A stretch of 64,000 bases of DNA, taken from NCBI GenBank assembly GCA_965261085.1, contig OZ253442.1, positions 32,001 to 96,000 on the forward strand, given 5' to 3'. The stretch comes from a bacterium (GTDB taxonomy: Bacteria > UBA8248). The stretch's first letter is position 1; every line of letters begins with the position of its first letter. Under the pieces are notes generated by a model. That model was not told the origin of the DNA and ran no database searches. It worked only from the letters and a program-made list of their open reading frames with translations. The translations under genes and the position numbers were made by a program. Below, piece after piece: positions 57,329 through 64,000 of this stretch.

Positions 57329-60300
57329 CTACTCCGCTTCCGCCACGGCCTCGCATACGCGTTCTCTTAACACATCATCGACGGGGCAGGAAACGTCGAC
57401 GCCCGGACGCAAAAAAGAAAACACCAACTCATGGACTTCAAGACCCGTCGCCGCCTCGAGCCCCATGACGTAAGCGCCACCCTGGTTCGCATAAAACAAT
57501 GCCTTTTGGTCCGCTTCGTTCGCCGCGATCTTATCGGTCTTGAAATCCACGAGCGTCAGTTTCCCCTCTTCTTCGAACACTAAATCGATGAATCCCCGAA
57601 TCATCCTGCCGTCCAACTCGAACATGAAGGCGAGTTCCCGCCAACGCCTCGAGGCGGCCGCCGCACGCGCCAGTACACCCCCACTCATCGAGTTTCGAAT
57701 CAATTCCGTGGCGAGTGCGGTGTCGTCATCGCCCAAACCGAGCGTGCGGGCGTAAGCGATGCTTTCCTCTCTCAAACCCTCCAGACACTCAGGCTCCGGC
57801 GGCTCCAATTTTGCGAGAATCACATGAACCAACCGCCCGAACGCCACGCCCCCCGCATGAATCTCTAGGTCTTGAGATTCATCCTCAACGAAAAGCGCCC
57901 ATGAAGTCGCAGGCTCCGCTTCGTCAAACCCTTTGGCGAGCCCACTGGGAGCCAAGGGCTTCAACACTTCGATCGGTTTCTTTAACCGCTTCAATTTCTC
58001 ATCCAAAGCGACGCGCTGATTGGCAAGGCTCACCGAACCCCCGCTCACCTGGCGGAAAACACCATCGGGCACACGGAGGATGGATTCGAGAGGTTTCGAC
58101 TCCCCCGGCGAAACTTCGAGGGGAGATGCGGGCGCTCCTTGAATCACATCGTCTACTTCTTCCTCTTTCAGGCCCGCACTTTTCATAAGGAAGCGAAAAC
58201 CCGATTCCGGCCAGAGCAGATAGTCCTGCGCCCTTGTCGCGCCCACATACCAAAGACGCTTTATTTCGGCTTCCCGGAATTGTTTTTCCCGCTCCAGCGC
58301 ATCCGCATATCCCGCTGAATTCAGCCAACGGGTACTTGAGCCTAGATGTAAATCGACTACTTCGTTTCCTTTTTCGTAATTCGCGATCCACGCCTCCGTG
58401 CTCTTATCGGGTCGCCCCTCCAGGTCGGCCAAGGCAACCACCGGAAATTCCAGCCCCTTGGCCTGATGGATAGTCATGAACCGAACTGCCCGGCCCTCAT
58501 GGGTATCCAGAAACGCCTCAGGCTCTTTGGCTTCGCGCCCCAGGTCGTATTGCGCCTCCAGGTTTGCTGCGAACGCATCTACGCCCCGTTTCCCGTTCCC
58601 GGCGAATTCATGCGCCATGTCCAGGAGCTTGAGCAGATTGGCGACGCGCTGCTCTCCTCCTGAGGACGCCAGGAACAACTCGAACGCCTGCGTGCGACGG
58701 TATATCTCCTCCAAAAGCGAGCGAGCGCTCAAATCTTTCTTTCCATTGTGCAGCAGATGCATCTCCCGAACCGCCTCTTTCAACTCCCCCGGCGGTTCAC
58801 GTGTTTTCAGGAAGTAGCGGGCGATATCCACATCCGAGAAACCATACAAGGGAGAGCGCAAGGCGGCGGCCAGCGCCAGCGATTCGCCCGGACGCACGAC
58901 CGCGGATAATACCGAAATGGCCGCACCGACCTCGAATTTATCGTAAAACCCGTGTCCGCCATCCGAGACGAAAGAAACATCCGCACCGCGAAACGCATCC
59001 TCGAACTGGCGATAGCCCGTGCGAACGCGGAAGAGGACGGCGATGTCCCCGTAATTGACCGGGCGGCGCGCGTCACCCTCGCCGATCTCTAATTTCCTCT
59101 CCTCCACCAACTCTCGAATCGCGGCGGCGAGACAGGCAGCCTCGTTTTTTCGCCTCTCCTCCTCTTTCATCCTGCCACCATCCTCGGGCCCATCCCCATT
59201 TTCTTGCTTCTGGATGAGGAAAACGCCCGGGTTTGATGATTCGCGATGCGCCATCAGTTCGACATATGGAGGCTGAACCCCTGCTTCAGGACGGATGACC
59301 CGCGAAAACGCCTCGTTCACGAAATCGACCACGCCGGGGGTGCTGCGGAAGTTTTCTTTGATATGCAGCACGCGGCCACTCGGGAGGGCGCGAATCCTCT
59401 CCTTCACTTCATGATAAATGGCGATGTCCGCCCGGCGGAAGCGGTAGATGGATTGTTTGGGATCGCCCACCAGAAAAAGTCTGGCGTTGCCCATCCGCGC
59501 TTCGCGCCAATCGCGGGCGTCCGTCTCTCCTGCGAGCAGAAATATCAATTCCACTTGCAAAGGGTCGGTATCCTGAAACTCATCGATCAGGAAATGTTTT
59601 ATGCTCTCGCGAATCCTCCTGCGCGCCCCGGGGTTCTCCCGGACGAGCTTCGCCGCCAAAAAGAGAATATCCTGATACGACAAAACGCCCGCTTCGCGCA
59701 TTTCCCGCTCGAAAGACTCGACGAAGCCCCGGACGATGGAGACAAGGCCCGCGAGCATCTCGTGGGCTATTATCGCGGCGCTATCTTGTAGAAACCGATC
59801 ATACCCCGCGCGAAAGAGCTTGAGGTTTTCTCTCCCCTCATCTGCAGAATCGCCCCACTTTCTCGGGGAACCCACATTTTTTTTCATCCTGACGCTTGGA
59901 TTCCAGAGTTCACGGAGCAACACTGTTTTCGATAATCCCAAGAGGCTCTCCAGCCAGTTTTCGGCTTTTTCGAGTTCCAAAAACGCCTTGTCTGATTCAT
60001 CGCTGCAATGGCGCTTCCCAAAGTCCACCCAGCCGGCAAACGTCTCTGTGATAGATGCACGGATTTCATCGAGAGAAGCGACGTTCAAGCGGGGGAAATG
60101 TTCTCTGAGTTCAGGCATGTCGAGCAGGGCGTCGCGAATTTTCTCCAAATCGGAGACGGTAAAACCAAGGTCAAGGAAATCGCGCAATCGCCTGTCATTG
60201 CCGTTCAGTTCTTCCATCAACCAGTCGCGCCAGGCCGCATCGCGCCTCGCCTCGTACTCTGTTTCATCCACGTCCCCCACCTCGGGCCGAAGTCCCGCTT

Positions 60301-60655
60301 CCACGGAAAATCCCCGCAAGATATTCAGGGCGAAGCTGTGGATCGTGGAGATGCGTGCGGACTCGATATTCTCCAGCGCATCTTGTAAGCGCTCTTTGGC
60401 TCCGGCGTCTTCTTCCTGAACCGCCGAAAGAATTTCACGGCGAATTCGATCTTTCAGTTCCGCTGTCGCCTTTCGCGTGAAGGTGATGGCGGCTATCTCA
60501 CCCAAGCGTACTCCTTCGCTACGAATCAAATGCAGGATTCTCTCCACGAGCAGGGTCGTCTTGCCCGTGCCCGCGCCCGCTTCGACCAGAACGGGGCCTT
60601 CCGTCCAGGTCGTAGCCTCATCTCTTTGTTCTTGATCGCGAGGCTGCGCGTTCAT
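57329..60655 (-). CDS. addA: AddA-like UvrD helicase with PD-(D/E)XK nuclease
   Basis: AGAGTGKT, IDEFQDT, VGDPKQSIYRFR, TIHQAKGLEF, GFIDL...VDFKT. Confidence 0.9.
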   Translation of the reverse strand: MNAQPRDQEQRDEATTWTEGPVLVEAGAGTGKTTLLVERILHLIRSEGVRLGEIAAITFTRKATAELKDRIRREILSAVQEEDAGAKERLQDALENIESARISTIHSFALNILRGFSVEAGLRPEVGDVDETEYEARRDAAWRDWLMEELNGNDRRLRDFLDLGFTVSDLEKIRDALLDMPELREHFPRLNVASLDEIRASITETFAGWVDFGKRHCSDESDKAFLELEKAENWLESLLGLSKTVLLRELWNPSVRMKKNVGSPRKWGDSADEGRENLKLFRAGYDRFLQDSAAIIAHEMLAGLVSIVRGFVESFEREMREAGVLSYQDILFLAAKLVRENPGARRRIRESIKHFLIDEFQDTDPLQVELIFLLAGETDARDWREARMGNARLFLVGDPKQSIYRFRRADIAIYHEVKERIRALPSGRVLHIKENFRSTPGVVDFVNEAFSRVIRPEAGVQPPYVELMAHRESSNPGVFLIQKQENGDGPEDGGRMKEEERRKNEAACLAAAIRELVEERKLEIGEGDARRPVNYGDIAVLFRVRTGYRQFEDAFRGADVSFVSDGGHGFYDKFEVGAAISVLSAVVRPGESLALAAALRSPLYGFSDVDIARYFLKTREPPGELKEAVREMHLLHNGKKDLSARSLLEEIYRRTQAFELFLASSGGEQRVANLLKLLDMAHEFAGNGKRGVDAFAANLEAQYDLGREAKEPEAFLDTHEGRAVRFMTIHQAKGLEFPVVALADLEGRPDKSTEAWIANYEKGNEVVDLHLGSSTRWLNSAGYADALEREKQFREAEIKRLWYVGATRAQDYLLWPESGFRFLMKSAGLKEEEVDDVIQGAPASPLEVSPGESKPLESILRVPDGVFRQVSGGSVSLANQRVALDEKLKRLKKPIEVLKPLAPSGLAKGFDEAEPATSWALFVEDESQDLEIHAGGVAFGRLVHVILAKLEPPEPECLEGLREESIAYARTLGLGDDDTALATELIRNSMSGGVLARAAAASRRWRELAFMFELDGRMIRGFIDLVFEEEGKLTLVDFKTDKIAANEADQKALFYANQGGAYVMGLEAATGLEVHELVFSFLRPGVDVSCPVDDVLRERVCEAVAEAE

Positions 60656-63600
60656 ATAGCCCTCTCTCTCAATGCCTGGAGCGCGCTCATCCCCGGCGCC
60701 CCTTCTTTTCGCGCTGCGCGCTCGGCCCTGTCGGGTCCGCAGAGGGTCTTGTAATCGCAATATCTACACCCATCGTCCGTGGGTGTCGGGAAAAAACGCC
60801 CCTCCCCGACCGAGGCGAGAAAATAATCCAAAAGCGCATCCACGTCCGCCATCTTCTCTTCGATGTCCTCACAGGAGCGGACGCGCTCTTCTACACCCTC
60901 CTCCTGAGTGATGTAGACGTATGCGCCACTCACCCCGGCGCCCTCCGGCAAGGCATCTGGCCGCGCGCGCAGATGCCGCGCATAGAGATGAAGCTGAAGA
61001 CTCCCGCCACCATCCAGAACTTTTCTCCGGGCTGGGACCAAATCCTTCCTTCTCACGGTCTTGAAATCGACGACCCGGTACTCCCCCACTTCGTTTCGCT
61101 CGAGCAGGTCCATCCGCCCGCTCAGAGAGATATCTCCACCTTCCAGCGATATCCGCAAAGGCTCCGAACCCTCCCCGCCGAATCTCTCTTCAGCGCTCAC
61201 CGGAAGCCAGTCTGAGGGGTCCGAACGCTTTTGCTCGATGTACCCCCACAAGCGCCGGTAGAGCGCATCTTCAAGCACACCCCAGGGCAGCGCGAGCAGG
61301 GGCGGTGGCTCGGCCTTTTGTTCCTCCTCGCTCATCGCCTCCCTGATCGCCTCTCGGAGCGAATCGCGCGCAGTCGATTCATCGAGCGCATGAAACGCCT
61401 GGTTCGTCCCCTGGAGCCGGCCGTGGAACAGATCGAGAATCCGGTGCGTCAACTGACCCCTCAGCCTCCCATCCATGGCGAAAGGAGGGAGTGATTCCTT
61501 ACGCTTTTCCATGCGCGGGTGCAGACGATCGTTGATGAACCGGTAAGGACACCCGAAGAAATTCTCCACCCCGGTGACCCCGATAGGACGCGTGGGTGAA
61601 TGAATTCTCTTCAGAATGTTCTCCCGCAAATCAGGGGCGGTGAGCATCCCGTCGTGCTCGGTCAAAACCTCGCGCCGCCATCTCTCGGCCAGTGCGGCCC
61701 GCCTGCGGAGAAACCCGGGAAAATCGTTCATGTAGGAAAGGCAGCCCGCATCTCGACAATCAATCTGATCCACAATTCGCGCGAGGTCATACTCGCGCAG
61801 ATGAACGGGAATCTCTGCGATATCTTCGCGGCTTAACGCAGCGGCGGCGGTGCGGCTGCGCGAGCGCGCGAAAAGCCCCCACGCGCCGTCTTTCGCTTCA
61901 TCCAATGCGTCCGCCAGATAGTGAAGAAACATGCTCGGAAAAGAGGTCGCCTCATCCGTCCCGCCATCCTCCGCGCTCGTCGCGGAAAGGATGAGGCGCT
62001 TCCTGGCCGATTGAAGAATCGTCCACAACTGAAACCGCGCTTCGCCCTCCCTGGATTTTTTGAGCGGAAGCGCCACCCCCCCGTCCGGGAATGTCTCTTT
62101 GACGACGTCGTTCAACCTCTCGCGCACCAAATCGGACATTAGCGGGTCTTCGGTTCCCGCGGGCGGAAACAGGCCCTCGCCCAGGCCCGAGAGCACCACC
62201 GCATCGAAGGAAAGCCCGCGCGCGCTCTGGACGGAAGAGAGGCTCGCCAGATGGCCTTCGCCCGGCTCGTTCCCGCGCAGGGGGGTTTTCTCGAAAAATC
62301 GCTCGCAAAGCGCACAGAACGCATCGCGCGTCATATCGCCGGTAATCGCGTCCAAATCCGAGAGGGACGAGAGCGCCTTCTCCAACTCATCCCGACCCTC
62401 CAAACCGTTCGTCGTCTCCCAAAAAACCTCCAAGGCCGATTTAACGAACGAAGAGGGCGGCCCCTGTCCCGGAATTTTCTCCAGAAGCTCGAAAACATCG
62501 CCCATCGCCATGCCGAGAGAATATGCGGCGGGATATTCCTCATCCTTTTTCCCCATCTCATCCAAAGCGTCATCGAGCGCCGCGAGCCAGGCGTCGGGGC
62601 CTCTTAGATAGGGCAGGCTTCTCGAGAAAAACTCCCACTTCGAGGCGAGGACGGGATCGGCGGCGAACTCCTCGAATCCATATTCTTGCGCTAGTTCCTC
62701 GAACCTCGGCGAGCCGGTGAAGCCTCCCTCATCCAGAAAGCGCATCACCTCGTCGCGCGGGTAATCCTCCATCGCCAGGCGAAGCATGAGGAGAAACAAG
62801 CGGGCGACAGGCGCTGCGGATAAGGCTGTTTTCTCCTCGGCCCGGCAGGGAATTTCGAGGCTTTCGAACGTTTCCTCGAATAAATCCTGATACCCGCTTC
62901 GCTCGGTCATCAAGACGCATATTTCATCATCGCCCTCAAAATCCTCTCTCGCCCGCAGCATTTCCCGGCATACTTCCCACGATTCCCTGCCTCTTGCGGG
63001 CGCCGCCACGACCCGCAGGGCGTCTTCCCCCAAAGGCTCCGCTTTGTCATCAGAGAAAAGCGCCCCCGCCAGACCCGAGAGCGGCCTCGGCTCGATCGCT
63101 CCGGCTTCTTCTCTTTGAAAACCCATCTCCTCGAACCAGCGGACAAGGGGCTCCGCGTGTGCGCACGCAGGCGCGTCTGTTTCTGCGGGCGCCAGGACTT
63201 GCGACTGCGCCTCGCGGCAGACCGCCGCCGCCAGCCTGCGCTGAAGCGCGTTCATCTCGGCGAAGCCGTAAAAGATGGTGGGAACGCGCGGCGGCTCGGC
63301 TTCCGCCTTCTCGCACGCCCTCAGAAGAAGGGAAGAACCGTCGTAAAATTCACGCTCGTTCATCTCGCGCCGGAAACTCTCGGCCAAAAGCCCTAGGTCC
63401 CGGCAACGCGCGGCATCAGGGCCTGAGATTTTTGTGCTGAGTTCCCTCAAAGCCTCGGGCGAGAGATTCGCCTCGGCCAAGTCGGTGAGTGTGGCGTAGA
63501 GACTCTCCCCGTATCCTTGGGAAGCAGAGCGAAAAAAGGCGAGTTCTCTCTGCACGCCCGCGAACGCCTTCTCCGCCAGAACCTCGGCGAGGGCCGGATG

Positions 63601-63873
63601 AGCCCGCGTGAACCCCGCCAGGCCGCGCTCTGGTTCGGAAATCTCGCGCGCCAGGTCGAGCATGCTCAGAACCGACACACCGGCGAAACCGCCCGCGCGC
63701 GCAAGCACTTTCTCGACATGATCGCGCAGCCGGTTCGAAATAACGACGACCCGCCTTTGCGCGAGGGGGTCTCCCCCGGCAAGGCGGCGCACGCGCGAGG
63801 CGAGGGATGATTCCAGATGGTGGAAAGGAGCGGCGATCAGAATTTTAGGGGCCGACGCCATAGGGATTTCCAT
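60652..63873 (-). CDS. addB: AddB-like inactive helicase/nuclease with Fe-S cysteines
   Basis: GCPYRF, GRMDL...VDFKT, QL.LY, CRYCDYKTLC; overlaps the addA start. Confidence 0.85.
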   Translation of the reverse strand: MEIPMASAPKILIAAPFHHLESSLASRVRRLAGGDPLAQRRVVVISNRLRDHVEKVLARAGGFAGVSVLSMLDLAREISEPERGLAGFTRAHPALAEVLAEKAFAGVQRELAFFRSASQGYGESLYATLTDLAEANLSPEALRELSTKISGPDAARCRDLGLLAESFRREMNEREFYDGSSLLLRACEKAEAEPPRVPTIFYGFAEMNALQRRLAAAVCREAQSQVLAPAETDAPACAHAEPLVRWFEEMGFQREEAGAIEPRPLSGLAGALFSDDKAEPLGEDALRVVAAPARGRESWEVCREMLRAREDFEGDDEICVLMTERSGYQDLFEETFESLEIPCRAEEKTALSAAPVARLFLLMLRLAMEDYPRDEVMRFLDEGGFTGSPRFEELAQEYGFEEFAADPVLASKWEFFSRSLPYLRGPDAWLAALDDALDEMGKKDEEYPAAYSLGMAMGDVFELLEKIPGQGPPSSFVKSALEVFWETTNGLEGRDELEKALSSLSDLDAITGDMTRDAFCALCERFFEKTPLRGNEPGEGHLASLSSVQSARGLSFDAVVLSGLGEGLFPPAGTEDPLMSDLVRERLNDVVKETFPDGGVALPLKKSREGEARFQLWTILQSARKRLILSATSAEDGGTDEATSFPSMFLHYLADALDEAKDGAWGLFARSRSRTAAAALSREDIAEIPVHLREYDLARIVDQIDCRDAGCLSYMNDFPGFLRRRAALAERWRREVLTEHDGMLTAPDLRENILKRIHSPTRPIGVTGVENFFGCPYRFINDRLHPRMEKRKESLPPFAMDGRLRGQLTHRILDLFHGRLQGTNQAFHALDESTARDSLREAIREAMSEEEQKAEPPPLLALPWGVLEDALYRRLWGYIEQKRSDPSDWLPVSAEERFGGEGSEPLRISLEGGDISLSGRMDLLERNEVGEYRVVDFKTVRRKDLVPARRKVLDGGGSLQLHLYARHLRARPDALPEGAGVSGAYVYITQEEGVEERVRSCEDIEEKMADVDALLDYFLASVGEGRFFPTPTDDGCRYCDYKTLCGPDRAERAARKEGAPGMSALQALRERAI

Positions 63874-63923
63874 CTCACGGATGATGGGGCGGTTTCTCAG
63901 TGAAGCAAAATCCAAACGCTCGA

Positions 63924-64000
63924 CTAGGTGTCCAGCACGCTCTCGCCGAATAAATCTTCCACCGCGAGCAGGCCCGGCGTAAGGCCCTGCCCGTGGGCGT
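63924..64000 (-). CDS. 3' end of a gene resembling the 4,5-dihydroxyphthalate decarboxylase/periplasmic binding family
   Basis: ...AHGQGLTPGLLAVEDLFGESVLDT* resembles the family C-terminal QGL...L..EELF motif; truncated by the window. Confidence 0.5.
   Translation of the reverse strand, partial: AHGQGLTPGLLAVEDLFGESVLDT

Noticed and set aside
57329-63873. Novel helicase-nuclease defence system
   Set aside because: Architecture and Fe-S cysteines match housekeeping AddAB recombination-repair genes.

Overview
High-GC bacterial chromosomal window. Its gene content (ankyrin proteins, catalytic-domain-free RTX proteins, a Slam plus surface-lipoprotein pair, palindromic repeats) resembles marine sponge symbionts; this is an inference, not a taxonomic assignment. 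The left end (1-6.8 kb, minus strand) is a six-gene periplasmic redox operon: cupredoxin-like protein, two di-heme cytochrome c peroxidases, a Tat-exported Rieske subunit, an AioA-like molybdoenzyme and a cytochrome c. This is the idrP2-P1-B-A architecture of dissimilatory iodate reductase with two extra electron-carrier genes, lying just past the 3' end of a tRNA-Arg/His/Arg cluster with integration-site-like repeats. Next come a DehI-fold protein, a Cys-rich MarR regulator plus ArsP-like permease, an orphan higA with an 8-codon higB relic, and an AhpD/CMD-family selenoprotein hidden by an in-frame UGA (CxxU plus SECIS hairpin). Then rdgB-rph, an RND pump, a haloalkane dehalogenase, moaA-moeA-moeA-tatA, a Panacea toxin-antitoxin pair and a CoA-transferase/ACAD/MaoC cluster. 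From 33.6 to 46 kb is a plastic surface/host-interaction region: a type 11 secretion pair, ankyrins, a tandem RTX array with a collapsed third copy, an integrase relic, and silent duplicated gene 3' ends sharing one junction motif. The right end holds rpmB/rpmG, metabolic genes, amrB, a bd-like/cytochrome c membrane pair and addAB. No CRISPR array, rRNA or intact transposase was seen.
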